A stretch of DNA of 64,000 bases from Octopus bimaculoides (taxonomy: Eukaryota), in the NCBI RefSeq assembly GCF_001194135.2, contig NC_068982.1, positions 162,608,778-162,672,777 of the forward strand. Direction: 5' to 3'. Under the pieces are notes generated by a model. That model had not been told where the DNA came from, did no database searches, and was given only the letters and a program-made list of their open reading frames with translations. Numbering within the stretch: position 1 is the stretch's first letter; each line of letters starts with the position of its first letter. The position numbers were made by a program, and so were the translations under genes. Below, one piece after another: positions 49,656 through 63,865 of the stretch.

Positions 49656-51849
49656 ACCCTTCTACTAACTAATCTGGAATTATTTAACATAACATTGACA
49701 TCATTGTTGTTTACTCAGTTCCCCATCTCAGTTTATTCAGATACAGTGTCTAGTCAACCCTCACATCATCTCAGTTCACAACATTGATTAACTTTATCTT
49801 AGTTTTTTTTTAGTTTACTTTTTAGTTAAGTAACTCTAAGATTTAGTCTCTACCTAACCTTACTCTTTCTATGATTACCCTAATTATTTATCTAGTCTTA
49901 TCAACTATAGCAGCAATTTTTAATTTAGGGATACTTGAAACGTTTCAGAGATCCATAAACCACTAATTGAAATTTATCCTTTCATTCAATTACAAAAATC
50001 TTTCATAAATCCCATAAGCCAAAATTATATTATCAAAAAAATCAAAACCAAAATGCATTAGGTTGTATGAAATAACTTGCCCATCTGGAAAACACGTTTG
50101 ATCATTTATATTATATCTTGAAAACAATATTTAAAACTATTTTTAAGTATAACTGACTTCTAATACAATATATTCCTACCAAATATTTTAGTCATTTGAA
50201 TATAAAAAGAATAAATTTCTATGAAGTCACTTTGCTGAAGGATGATTATATATTTTTGTAAAGAAGAATCTCTTTAAAGTTAGAGAGTTGGGGAAAACTG
50301 AGACTTTGAAATTTCTTGTATCACATTTCACAACTGGCTGGTCTTTAACGGTAATTAAACCTTGCAGGATGAAAACAGCAATTTTGTTGTTGTTGTTATT
50401 ATTGCTGTTACTTTTAGTGCCAGAATAAAAATATAAAATACTGCAAATCAAAGGGATGTTAATCATCTCAACCTACCAAGTAAATAACATCCAACAAAAA
50501 AAAAACTTCTATATGGTCGCCTGATCTGCTAAATATAACAGCCAAATCTCCCTCAGATCACACCCTGCAATCTTAAAAAGGGAAGGGCACATTGTTGGAT
50601 AATGTAGTCTTAGATACAAGTTGTCTGAAGAAAAGACAAGGTCATTGCTGGAACACCCTTAAACATACACAGGCCTGCTTGACCAGAGTTGACCTAATAG
50701 CAAACAGTAGCTACCAAGTAAATAAAGACATCACAAGCATTGGTGGCTTGTATCCAAAAGAAAAATTTAAAAAGAGAAAGCAGGGATTTTGCTAAAGAGT
50801 GCCTAATTTCTGATATTAAATTTTATCAAAATGGTGTGTTGGTAGACAGGGTAAACAACAGTGGAATTCTATACTAAATCTCTTTCACTGAATTATAGTC
50901 TTGATCCTTTATGTTCTCAGTTAAAATTATGTTGAGTTGGCTTTGTGCTAAATTTCTTAAATTCATTCAATTAACTATATTCTTAAAGTGAAAAGATTCT
51001 AGACAAAGGAAAAAATATATAAAACATTATAATAGACATATCAAAATTAAATATATAAAGCAATATCAGATCTATCAAAATTTTCAATTATTTCTTTATT
51101 TAGAAGGAATTGTTGATCAACTTAAATTAGCATCTTAATTTATTAGCTCTAAAAGAATACAAGAAAGATTAAGTCATCCCAAACAGGTTTTGGCTATGAA
51201 TTGCATAAGTAAAGCAAGTCTCCAACTAACTATTCTATTTTTAGACATATATAAATATATTGCTTAATAGTAGAATAGTAGAGAGATGTTGACAATTTTC
51301 ACTGAATATTTTAACAATTTAACTTAATTTCATTAATATTATCAGCAAGTGATAGGCTTAAGATACAAAGTAGAAGAATTATGATGGCAAAATAATCAAT
51401 ACTAATGTTAACTGACATATGAAAATAAGTGTTTGGTTTGGACAACAGAAACAAAATGGTCATTCAGTGAAGATGTTAGATAACTATAAACAGTAACTTA
51501 ATACTATGTATGTGTGTATGGAACACTTGAAAACATGTGACTATGAAGCACTAACTTAACAGCTGTGGGTGTGTGCGTAAAGAGCATTTGTAAATTTTGC
51601 CTAGATGAAGACAAAATCTAACATTAGGAGAGGCTCTTGTAAACATGTGACTATATTTTATTTATAAAGAGAAAGAAATAAAGGAAAGGACTTTATACTA
51701 ACAAAATATAATTTTCTAAATCTACTGATTTTAATTTTCACAGGTTTGGCATATTGTGTCTAGTTTGTGTGTGAATAATGCATGGTTAGGAAAGATTAGG
51801 AAGGAATAAAGGGTTGTGTTAACTGCATAAGAGTAGGTATTGTTAAATG

Positions 51850-53790
51850 TGGCAGTAAGTTGCACAGAAGGAAGAGAGTAGGGGACATAACCAAACCCTT
51901 GGGAACACTAGAGTTGAAAGTGAGGTAGGAAGAGCTATGTCAGTACATGCTAAATGGCATGATGTGATAGGAAGTTACCAAACCAAGAGATAAGAAATGG
52001 TTGGAGCCCATGGGTGGAAATTTTTGATAGAAAGTTTACATGCCAGACATTTCCAAAAGCTTTGCTGATGTCTAGAGTAACAACACTGCTTTTGCCAAAC
52101 TTCTTTAGAAGAACAGTCCACTGGTGGGTGAAATAAGAGAATAGGTCTCCAGTGGATCTGGCTCTACAGAAACTATACTGATAGTGACTGAAGAGAGAGA
52201 GAGAGCAGATGGAGAAAATCATTGTTAATGGTTGTTTCCATTATCTTGGAGATATTAGAAGTGAGAACAATAGGGAAATAGTTAACTAGGTTGGAGGGGT
52301 TGCTTACTTTGGAACAGGACTCACTGAAGCATGCTTCCAAATGTCGAGGTATATAATCCAGTAGAGAGCGAGAAATTAAAGAGTTTGGTAAGTTTGGAGC
52401 AAGTTCTGGGGCACACTGTTTAAGTGTAATGGAAAGGGCATTGTCAGGACAGGTGGCTTTGTTTGTTTAAAGTAGCTGGAGGTATTTCTGCACTTGACAT
52501 ATATATAAGCTGTGTGAGAAGCCTACTGAAACAGAAGTGGAAAGATCTGAAGAGCATTGGCCAAGGATGTGAAGTTGGATGCAAAACAGATGGCAAAGGT
52601 AGAGGCTTTCTCCATTAGGGTACTGCTTATGGAGTATCCTTATATAGAAGGAGAGGTAAACAGAGTTGGTGGAAATCTTTTTGACAAGGAACCAGAAGGA
52701 TCAGGGCATCAGTAGCATACCAGAGTAACAAGGGTTGCACTGCTGAGTGAACACCACCCAGGTTTCTTGTGTGGGGAATGTAAAGAAACATGGTTAAAAG
52801 GATAGTTTTAGTTACCAATATAACTATTTCTGAAGGGTCAGGAGTGAACCTGTGTGCTACTAGGGATAAGTAGCATAAAACCAGTGGAGTTGACCAATTG
52901 GCTGGTTTGAAGTGCTATAAGGTCCAAGGTAAATGGGATGTTGTGTGGTCTGTGGTTGTGTACTGAGCAGTTGTGATAAAGTAGTGGTTGGATGACCCTA
53001 TGGATGCAGAGACAGTTATGTCTAATAAAAGGTCAAGGATGTTTGTAGTTTCTAAGTAATGGTCAGGAATGTAAAGAGGGAATGAAACAAGATGGTGTAA
53101 AAAGTTGAGAACAGCACTGGATTTTGCTTCCACACCAGTCATGAGTGTGAAATTTACGAGGAGTTATAAACATTGAAGTTAACAAGGATGATGAAAGGGA
53201 AAGGCAAAATATATATTCTCAATGTAGAAGGTGCAATAGTCAGAGTAGCTGGTAGTCTAAGAAGTTCAGAGAACAATACAGGGAACAGATGTATTTGGAG
53301 GAATGAGGAAATGAGATGTTGAGCCGGAGTAACTGGAAGTCACTGTTGCTGAACCTAGGTGATATAGGTGAAAGACAAGGAGATTGGAGTCTATGTATGT
53401 GCAGACACTACCTTTCAGAAAGAAATTTAAGTTGAGAGTATATCCTGAGCAGTGAAGATGGGTTGTGAATAGGAGTTAAGAAAGTTGTGCCTCAGGAGAA
53501 ACATGATGTGTGATTTGTTTGAGGGTAAGTAGTGGTGTGTGGGACCTAGGCTGGACAGAAGACCTCAGATGTTTAAGAAGAAGGAGAATAGTCCAATGGA
53601 CATATGCGTATTTTTTGGTGTTACGGGAAGCATAGAGGGTGCTTGGAAAGGTCATGGAAATCTTTGATCCAGACACCTGATCAGATGCTTGCAACAAGTG
53701 AACTCTGATAAGGATACCCAAGGGCTGGTTGTATGGTGGTGTTAAAGTTGGGCAGTGTGGTATGCCCACCATTAAGGCAAAAAGGTATGG
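51850..53790 (-). mobile_element. Degenerate CR1/L2/Jockey-like non-LTR element (APE endonuclease and RT remnants)
   Basis: HYQYSFCRARSTGDL...VVTLDISKAFGNVWH...FLSHHAI (RT domains with the LDISKAFD motif) at 51950-52222. YIPDHYLETTNILDLLL...IGSSNH (endonuclease C-terminus) at 52915-53142. Confidence 0.8.
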
Positions 53791-53852
53791 AAAAACTTTA
53801 TGTTAAAGGGGGCTACATTAGTAAAAATAAAACAGGAAAAAAAAGACAGGAA

Positions 53853-55534
53853 TCTATATATATATAAAAATGAGAATGTGTGTCTGTCTGTCTGTCTGTG
53901 TGAATCCCTAAAACTCGAGAACTACGCAACCAATTTCATTCAGATTTTACACATGCCTTACTTAGGGTTCCAGTTGTGTTTTAGTCAAAAAAATTTTTAG
54001 CTTCTTGCAGAGTTCGAGCACACGGCAACATAATATCTCCTCCACTATTTAAGTATTACGTGTCAAAAGTGAAACAAAAACACTCATGTCAAATACTTTC
54101 ACTTTAAAAATGAAACTATTCCACTAACTGAAACAATCACATTTCGATACTGTAATGACAGATACTTTCACAGAGAGAGAAAGAAAGAAAGAGAGAGACA
54201 GAAAGAGAGAGACAGAAAGAGAGAGNNNNNNNNNNNNNNNNNNNNNNNNNNNNNNNNNNNNNNNNNNNNNNNNNNNNNNNNNNNNNNNNNNNNNNNNNNN
54301 NNNNNNNNNNNNNNNNNNNNNNNNNNNNNNNNNNNNNNNNNNNNNNNNNNNNNNNNNNNNNNNNNNNNNNNNNNNNNNNNNNNNNNNNNNNNNNNNNNNN
54401 NNNNNNNNNNNNNNNNNNNNNNNNNNNNNNNNNNNNNNNNNNNNNNNNNNNNNNNNNNNNNNNNNNNNNNNNNNNNNNNNNNNNNNNNNNNNNNNNNNNN
54501 NNNNNNNNNNNNNNNNNNNNNNNNNNNNNNNNNNNNNNNNNNNNNNNNNNNNNNNNNNNNNNNNNNNNNNNNNNNNNNNNNNNNNNNNNNNNNNNNNNNN
54601 NNNNNNNNNNNNNNNNNNNNNNNNNNNNNNNNNNNNNNNNNNNNNNNNNNNNNNNNNNNNNNNNNNNNNNNNNNNNNNNNNNNNNNNNNNNNNNNNNNNN
54701 NNNNNNNNNNNNNNNNNNNNNNNNNNNNNNNNNNNNNNNNNNNNNNNNNNNNNNNNNNNNNNNNNNNNNNNNNNNNNNNNNNNNNNNNNNNNNNNNNNNN
54801 NNNNNNNNNNNNNNNNNNNNNNNNNNNNNNNNNNNNNNNNNNNNNNNNNNNNNNNNNNNNNNNNNNNNNNNNNNNNNNNNNNNNNNNNNNNNNNNNNNNN
54901 NNNNNNNNNNNNNNNNNNNNNNNNNNNNNNNNNNNNNNNNNNNNNNNNNNNNNNNNNNNNNNNNNNNNNNNNNNNNNNNNNNNNNNNNNNNNNNNNNNNN
55001 NNNNNNNNNNNNNNNNNNNNNNNNNNNNNNNNNNNNNNNNNNNNNNNNNNNNNNNNNNNNNNNNNNNNNNNNNNNNNNNNNNNNNNNNNNNNNNNNNNNN
55101 NNNNNNNNNNNNNNNNNNNNNNNNNNNNNNNNNNNNNNNNNNNNNNNNNNNNNNNNAAATCTCAGGGTCAAACACTGTCTGTAGCTGGTCTTCTCTTGGA
55201 AGAGCCCTGCTTCTCACATGGACAACTGTATGTTGGCTGCTCAAGAGTGGGCAGCAAAAAAAACCTATTTGTATATGCTCCACAAGAGAAAACAAGGAAC
55301 ATTGTTTACAACGAGGTGTTATAATCACAACAGCAAGAAAGTATGTACATGATCACCTTCTTTTACGAAACTTCATTGACTTTCATATATTTATATTGAT
55401 ATACATATTTTTACGTGTGTTTGGGTGCATGTGTGTATATACATCTCTATATATAAAGATGATGCGTAGTCTAGACGGCGTTTTTAGATTTCATTATTCT
55501 CTTTAACCCGGGCAACGCCGGGTATTTCTGCTAG
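53853..55534 (+). mobile_element. Helitron (non-autonomous or deletion derivative) retaining the PIF1 helicase C-terminus; spans a gap
   Basis: 5' end A|TCTATATATATAAAA...(GTCT)n at 53853. KSQGQTLSVAGLLLEEPCFSHGQLYVGCSRVG...RNIVYNEVL* at 55158-55324. 3' GC hairpin acccgggcaacgccgggt (55506-55523) followed by CTAG|T at 55531-55535. The AT insertion site is canonical. Confidence 0.9.
54226..55157. other. Assembly gap (other gaps: 9989-9998, 13190-13380, 26655-26822, 42368-42678)
   Basis: Runs of N, mostly next to microsatellites. Confidence 0.99.
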
Positions 55535-58500
55535 TTAAAAATAAAGAACATTAAGAAGAACAAAAGAAGAATAACAGGAAAAAAATTATTTTATTGATAT
55601 ATGATAATGGAGGCCAAAGTCCAACCTGCAAGAACTTAAAACATAACCAAATACCACAAACAGCTAAGCCAGCTACCTACACTTTCTGTCACTTTACTTC
55701 TTTTAGATCATTTGATAGTAGTTTATACTATAACTACCAATAAGGCCTGTTTTTCATAAGAAAATTTTCTCATATTACTAGTAGACAGGCCAAAGAGTTG
55801 CAAAATAAATTGATCTTGGTAGGAAATTAATTCCAAAGAAGTTTTGAAGCCTAACTATATTCTCCCTTTACCAATGATAATGTAAAAGAAAGATTAACAC
55901 AACTTTGTGTCTAAACTTCAGTTCCTTCAACTCTTTTGGCCTTAATTCTTTAATATTCTCAGACACTATTCATTATCATTCCTGTTCTCTCTCTCTCAAT
56001 AGAAAGTGCCAAAATTTCTGTACAGACTATCAAACTGCCAACAACAACAAAAGTTAAGAGACTTCTATACAGGAGCTTGCTTTGCAAGAAATATCAGCCA
56101 AATCTCCCTCAAATCATGTCCTACTGCCTTAAAATAGAATGGCACATTGGATAATGTAGGGCTAGATACACCTGAGTGAAAAAAAGACAGAACAGCTGGA
56201 ACACATTTGATGGGAGATCACCTGGAACAAGTGAACTGGTATTAAACTACAACAATCTAGCTAATTTTCACCAATGTATTTTTCCTGCTTCTTGTTTTAT
56301 TATATTAACCAGCTTAAAAACTTGATTTAAAAGTAATTAATCATGCATAACTATGAAATCAAAAATATATTGGTATGCTAGCAATAGTTCGTCATCGTCA
56401 TCATCCTTTATCTTAATACTTCAAAGACTGAATACATCTATTTCAATCACAATGGCTCAATGAGAACAATTAAACAAAATCTCCTAAAATCTGTGAACTC
56501 TTTTGCATACTTTAGGAGCAACATCACATCAATAGATAAAAAATGTAAATCACTGATATCATCAGAGCACATTGCCGGAGGGCCAAGGAAAAACTTATTG
56601 ATGCACTCTTATGGACATTAGAACATGAACATACTTAGGTCAACTATCCAATAAAAATTATATTGTGCAAACACAGGATGATGCTATACTAACCTACCAG
56701 ACAATGCAAGATCATGATAGATGGTGCAATTGAAACAGGTAAACCCAAATAAGCGCAACAAGATTATCAACTGTGTCAAGAAACATTGAAACAGTTTAAG
56801 TATCAAATATCTAAAAGCCTCTGAAAAAAAGTAAAATTTCATGAAATCTACAAGTTTGGATATATTCGATAATGTTCTTATTTGGGTACATCTATTTACA
56901 TTTCAAATTTATATCACATTTCAAGTTTAGATATGTCCATGTGATGTTTCAAAGTTCAATATATCCATATGGCATTTCAGGGAAAGACCTTTATGGAATA
57001 GAATAAAAAAACATAGAAAAAAAATTTAATGTTTAAGGCACTATTGAGCATACAGCTTTGTAAAATTTAGACAGCAAGTTACACATAGGTGCCAAGTAAT
57101 ACTCATGTATCTACCTGGTGATATTTAGGTATCGTTTAATGTTTAAGCACTCAGTGATATTGCTCATGGTAACATATCCAATTATACTTAAATACTAAAT
57201 ACTGTTTAGGCAGCCTCAGACATTGTTATGATAAATTTCCCTCAAAAGACATTTTAAATGCTTTTAAGCAAAACAATCTTTTTTATATTTTACTTATAAA
57301 TCAATTTAGGTCAGTAGGGTACTGAAGCCAACACTTTACTGTCTCATTTGATATCTCTTTGTTGTAAGTTCAAATTCTGCTGGCTTCAAGTTCTGGAGAC
57401 AACACAATAAGTATAATTAATATACTTGATATTGATTTTATCAACTATTTCCCCTTCTACACACCTTTTGTCGCTTAAAAAAAATCAATTATAGAACTGA
57501 ATGGACTCCTTTAAAGTGAACCTGCAATTCTGAATTGTATTGAACCAGATGTTGTTGTTGTTGTTGTGTGTGTGTGTGTTTGTGCATGTGAATGTATGAT
57601 GTGAAATACATAGAAACACACATTATAATAAAGTCATCAACAATAATGGAATTGAGACCATTTATAATATAGTAGTAAACTCACTGAAGGTGGACAGTGG
57701 GAGTGTTTATATGTGTGTGGGTGTGGGTGTGGTTTTAAATTACTACTATGTACTAATCCAAGTTAAAATTTACATATTGAAATAAATGACACCTTATTTA
57801 ATTAAAGGTTACATTGTGCCAGGTGGTATGTTTGTGTTTTCATAGGCAGACTGCAAAAACCACTGTAAATTTACAGCGAAATCTATAAATAATTCCCTAC
57901 TTGAACATATTCTATACTAAAACAGTTTTGAAGAATGACATATTTAAGCTCATCAGAGAAAACAGTTTTGGTAGTTGTGACAACAGGAATTGGTCTTGTG
58001 ATGTCAACTTAGCATATGCTATCTAACAAAGAGATTCTGAATCTCTGTGTGACAATAACATAAATTACATCTTTTGAACACTGCATGGTTGTCGTTCTTA
58101 AAACTTATCAGGGCAACAACTAAAACAGACATATGTAGGAATGCTTTCACTGATAGCTAATGAAATAAACATATTTAGAGAAAACTTCAAATATATTTTA
58201 CAACAAAGGAAGTTTCATTTTAATTTCTACATTCCGATAACTTATTATTTCACAAAGAAGAATGAAAATGTATAATTTGTATTGTTGATAATTAGACCTA
58301 GTCACCCTTGACTGAGCAGAGACCTATGATCAAAGGTAATCCAACAATGACCATCCACCTCTTTTTTTTCAGGCATACTATATTCCTGACTACGTTAACC
58401 AATGAATCCATCCCTTTTTATGATAGTAGGAAGGAGATCTGTTACTATTTCTAACACATAAGTCTCCCTCATTAGCTTGTATTCTGTGTTGACATGTGAT

Positions 58501-61500
58501 AGAAGTATCAAGTAATGAAATCTAAGAAAAAAAAAAAGTAAAATTATAATAAATGAATTGATATTTTCAGACAAAGATTAAAGGTTTATAACTGATGAAA
58601 TAAATAAAAAATCAGATATAGCATTACCAATATGGTTATTTTATAGTGTAAACACTGTAATATGATGTAACAAACAGTACAAGCAAGTATACACTACAGT
58701 ATCTTTATATATTATCTGGTAATACAATATTTGATAATAATAATCTATAATTAATGATTACTTAGGTGTATGTCAATATACATATATGTATTGGTGTGTG
58801 TGTGTCAGTATGTATGTGTGTGAATACAAATGTACACTAAAACATACACAGCCGCATGTGTAAATCTGAAAAAAATTAACTGTAGTACTAATATTTACCT
58901 ATTACAAGTAACTCACACATAGGGTTTTTTTACTAATATTCCACTATGCCTCTCATATTTATTTCTTCACCATTGTCATATTCTCTTCCCAATATACCAA
59001 AGTTCAATGCCATTCAGTGGTACCTTTACACAACATTAGCATACATTAAATAACAGACTGTACAAGATCAGCAGCAATTTGTAACTAATACAATTTGTAA
59101 CTAATAAAACATGAAATAACAATAACAAAGACGTTAATTTTATCAGGAAGACTGAACAAAATACACTGTCAAATTAATGTTTTTAAATATTCTCTTTTGA
59201 TAAAATATATACCATTTTCTGTGAAATCATTATATGGCAGAGTCAAGTTAAGAACATATGAAAAATAAACCATTTCCAAGTAATCTTTTCTCTTTAGTAC
59301 AATACATTTCTCTAGCAATTTTATTTTCTAAAATGTACCATTTTAGTTTAAAAGTGATAAGAAGATAATTAACAAAAATACAGAACAAGGAAGTAACGCT
59401 ACAAGACAGTACACAAAACACTAACTAATATTGTGGAAAATATTACTTGATGCCATTTCTGACTCTCATCTGTGGAATGGTTGAAATACACAAGAATGGC
59501 ACATTTTGCGTGAAGACCAAGATATCAATGATGTTCAGAAATGTCCACTATGATACAGCAAGCATTTCTATATGGCAGCTTAAGAATATGAGACTGTTTG
59601 TGGCAATCTGTAGAGTAGCAGCAGAAAGTTAAATAGGCTCACTATTTCCATACACTAACTGCTACTACTGCTGCTACTGCTGCTGCTGCTGCAGTAGTAT
59701 CTATCAGCTACACAACAGTGTGAAACTAGAAGAAGCAGCCATAATATAATCGAGCAGGTGATTATTATCTGCTGCATTTACAACTGCAGAGAAATTGTAC
59801 ATGATCAAGTGCTATGTACATTGTTGAAGATCCAGTACAATTTCCTCACAAATAGCAAATAATGGACATACTTGTCTGTTTACACCAGAAGAATGTCAAA
59901 CGTGAAAACACAAAAAAGCATTACTGAGTGCAACAATTAAAATGACATGAGAAATACATATGGAAACATCAACAACAATAGGATGAGAGAAACATAATAT
60001 TTATAGACAATCAATCAAAGTGGATAATCAGAACGATATATCATGTAATCATACAAACATACATCATCAGCATATAGATATTTGTAGAGTGAAATGAAAA
60101 TTAATTTAGATGAAGAAATAATGAAACACTTATAAATGAGAAGATAAAAAAACCCCAGCTAAATATGATCTTTTTTTTTTATATGTAATTTTAAAGAATT
60201 AAGACTTGCTATAATAGGGTACACTGAGATAAAGTATAGCTAGATAAAACTTTGAAGCGCAAGGCAGATTAAGAGGGAACCTGCATGTGGTTGCTCACCC
60301 TCCAAGAAAAAAAAAGCCACTAAATTTCCCTCAAAACACATCTTAATGTATAAACATGATTAATAGGAGTAGACACTTAAGTAATAGAAACCTTGACTTC
60401 ATAGTCTGTTTATGTTTGTCTATCTTTCCTAGAACTAATCATTTCTATTGGACACTAACATGGACAACAATAAAAAATAAATGAATAAGTAAACAAACAA
60501 ACCTTGTATTGTAAATTGAATAATCCTCTATATTTATACCAGATGGATGGAAGTAATCATACAGTATCTATTGATATTTAATTAACATTTATAATAAACA
60601 AAGTGTTATATTTTGATATTTAAATGAATTTTCTGGATACAATTTTAGAAGGTTATATCTAAACATATATTTATAGATAACAAACACATTGCCATGTTAC
60701 CTACAGACTAGACCATATATCAGAAAACTACCTTTCTAAAATAGTTCCTAATGAGCAATGATTAGATTAAATAAATTTCTCAAGTTCAAGTAAAAAAAAA
60801 TAGGTTAGGTTAGTGTTTTATAGATCCTGAGATAAGCTAATGACTAGCAAACAAAGCTCTCCCTTTCAAAGTAAAGGAAAATATGGCAGACAAAAGCACT
60901 TGCAAAAGTAAACATATTTCAGGTATAACAACATGAATGTAATACATTTTAAACTTAACAGAATCTAAATTTCAATAATTCACACAAACGACTCATGGAC
61001 AATAACTATCTTTTGACTGTTGGGTATCACTTCTAACAAACAAATCAAATACAACTAAAACATAAGAGTGTCATCAGGTTCCTTAATATCCAAATGAGAT
61101 TTTAAAAACTTGCATCTTTGCTGTATTGAAAAGACAGGATGTGAACTACACATGAAAAATTCTCTATGATGGTGAAACATGAGTAATATAGAAAAATTTA
61201 CAACAAAAAGTTCTGAGGATTTCAACTAGTTAGAAGGAAGGCCCTTTATTCTAGGATAACTGAGTATCATCGATTGAAATGACTCCATGATATTACTAGT
61301 GTATTACAGGGACTTACTTCAGTCAACTTAAAACCCTGTGGAACTTGAAGCTGAAAATAGTAAAGTATTGTGTTAGAACTATATCCTACAAAATAATAAT
61401 AGCCATTGTGGTCTACTACCACATATGCATCAGCATCATTGTTGATAGAATATTGTATAATATTTCAAAGTTCAAATCACATAAAATTCAAATTGGATAT

Positions 61501-62118
61501 CTCATAATCACAGGTTGACCAAAGTCTAGTGAGTAAAATTTAGTATATGGAGAATATGCAGAAGCCAATTTGAAGAACCATTCTTATTTGTGGTAGGTAG
61601 ACTAAATCTATTACTCAATTTAACAAGTTCACTTGATCCTCAGGTACCTTTATCAGAAGATATGTCACTGTTAAAGCGTACCTTCCTCCTTTTCTCTCAC
61701 CAGTCTTGAAAACTCTGTTAAAGGTGGTGTGCTACCATTCTTCTTCTAAATAAGTCATAATAAAAAATAAATGTCTCAGAAATGTATTGCTTGTTTAGGC
61801 TTGATCAACCCTGATCCAGTATATTTCAGATCACAGGGTTCCAACTGTGACTTTTATAATTTATACAGACATAGTGTATCTAAGAAGACAAAAATCTAAT
61901 GTATTTTTTAAAGCAGTGGATTGTAATTGTAAAATATTTGACAACTATTTCTAGTAGATCAAGTGACTACTTTGGTAAATGACAAACAGTGAGTCAACAA
62001 AAGAGCATTTAGCCAATGATAGAGCTTCTACATAGTCACTCAATATGCTAGAAATAGCACCCAACTGTCTCTTATAACACATCCTACCATATAAAAAACT
62101 GAGGACAAACACACTAAT

Positions 62119-62340
62119 AGTTTCAAATTTTGGCACGAGGCCAGCAATTTCAGGGGAGGGGTAAGTTTATTACATTGACCCCAGTGTTCAACTGGTACTT
62201 ATTTTATCAACCCTGAAAGGATAAAAGGCAAAGTCGACCTTGGCAGAATTTGAACTCAGAACATAAAAATGGATGAAATGTCAATAAGTATTTTGCCCAG
62301 CATGCTAACAATTCTAAGGTGGTGCAAGCTCACCACCTTA
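62119..62340 (-). mobile_element. SINE family C
   Basis: Collinear with 19302-19512. Confidence 0.82.
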
Positions 62341-62689
62341 GAATAAAAACAATAATAAGGATCACCTTCATCATAGACATGAAGTTGAAGATTTATAGAA
62401 TTTGTGAAATATGCAAAATAGTCTCAAGAAGAAATTGAAACTGAGAACTTACAATCATATCATAGCAATAACAGCAATTATAGTAATTGCTTATAGAATG
62501 AAATTTCCTGAAATACAGGAGATATTGGAGAAGGCGAATGCAAACAAATCTTATCTGCACTAAGAAGTGTTTTACTGATAACTTCCTTGGAAAATTTATG
62601 GAGAAAAATGTTAAAGTGTGACACTCAGGCTTTTCTAAAGTTCACAAGTTGAAAGTGGTTCCAACTATAGACCAAAGCTGAAATGTAAC

Positions 62690-62905
62690 AGCTAGTTAGA
62701 TCTGCTTGTTTGGAACTGACCTGAAGCAACACAATAACATAATACCAGTTAGGTCTGGTATTGATCAAAACTGACCTGAAGATACATAACAATACACAGC
62801 CAGTTAGATTTATTCAGTCAGAGCTGCTCTAGGCCTACATAACCACATAATGCCTGGTCTGCTTGGTCATAGATGACCTGGGGGCTACATGACAACATAT
62901 TCCCA
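62690..62905 (+). repeat. Degenerate tandem array of about four ~55-60-bp units resembling the family E 3' tail
   Basis: Units gatctgcttg...ctgacctgaagcaacacaataac, ggtctggtattgatc...ctgacctgaagatacataacaat, ...gagctgctctaggcctacataacc and ggtctgcttggtc...gatgacctgggggctacatgacaac. Confidence 0.6.
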
Positions 62906-63683
62906 GTCATAAAGATAGCAATACTGATTCTTTAACATAACCACTACAACCAGGATAAAAAGCTGGATTTTAACACAGTTCAGTGGAAATGTACTCTACA
63001 GGATTCAACCAATAAAGAAATTGATGGTGGCAGTATTTAACTTTTTCAGTGCACAGTAGAGTAGGCATAAAGGCAAGACTACTGATACTTTACTTGTACG
63101 TCTCTTTTATGTTCTGAGTTCATCTCCTATATACATGTGTGTGTGTGTGTGCGTGTGCGTGTGTGTGTGTGTGCAGGAGCGCATGAAAATGTACATATAT
63201 TTGACTGCATATAACATCATCCTCATTTTATGTCCATTTTACTATACTGGTATGGGTTAGGTGGACCTCACATCAACTCATTACTCATCACACTTTGCAC
63301 TATCTGTCACACACAGCAACACTGAAAACTAGCCAACTTTGTTCTTGTGCATACTCTACAATGGTGGAATTTTTTCATACCACCAGCACTAAGGTTCTTG
63401 CCTGTAGCTAGACTAACGACTATCTTTTACTTGTATTAGTTCTTATTAACAATTACTGTTCTATTAAATGGATAACATCTACTTCATAGTTTCTACAGCT
63501 TCATGCCCCTCCTATCAGTAACCACTTGACAGTGTACACCAGTTGCATTTTGTTATGTCATCAATACTACAGAAGTTGTTGACAGCAAGATTAAAGGGTC
63601 TCCTCTGCATTTTATTAGTTCTTATTTTGAGTTACTGCCCTTAAGGATGGATAACCTGCAATGCATCTGAGCTGTCCATATAT

Positions 63684-63684
<1 letters not shown>

Positions 63685-63722
<38 letters not shown>

Positions 63723-63865
63723 GTTTAACGTCCGCTTTCCATGCTAGCATGGGTTGGACGATTTGACTGAGGACTGGTGAAACCGGATGGCAACACCAGG
63801 CTCCAATCTAATTTGGCAGAGTTTCTACAGCTGGATGCCCTTCCTAACGCCAACCACTCAGAGAG
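63685..63865 (-). mobile_element. Family B, young 5'-truncated copy
   Basis: (CAT)n followed by cgtttaacgtccgctttccatgctagcatgggttggacg..., closely similar to the reverse complement of 8350-8516. Confidence 0.85.

Noticed and set aside
54137-55328. Longest ORFs in the track (344-389 aa)
   Set aside because: They consist almost entirely of X from the N gap. Only the Helitron helicase tail (55158-55324) is real.
59447-59880. ORF 59447-59632 and adjacent CTG/CAG-rich stretch as a possible coding exon
   Set aside because: No homology recognised, stops occur in the minus-strand frame examined, and there is no clear splice pair.
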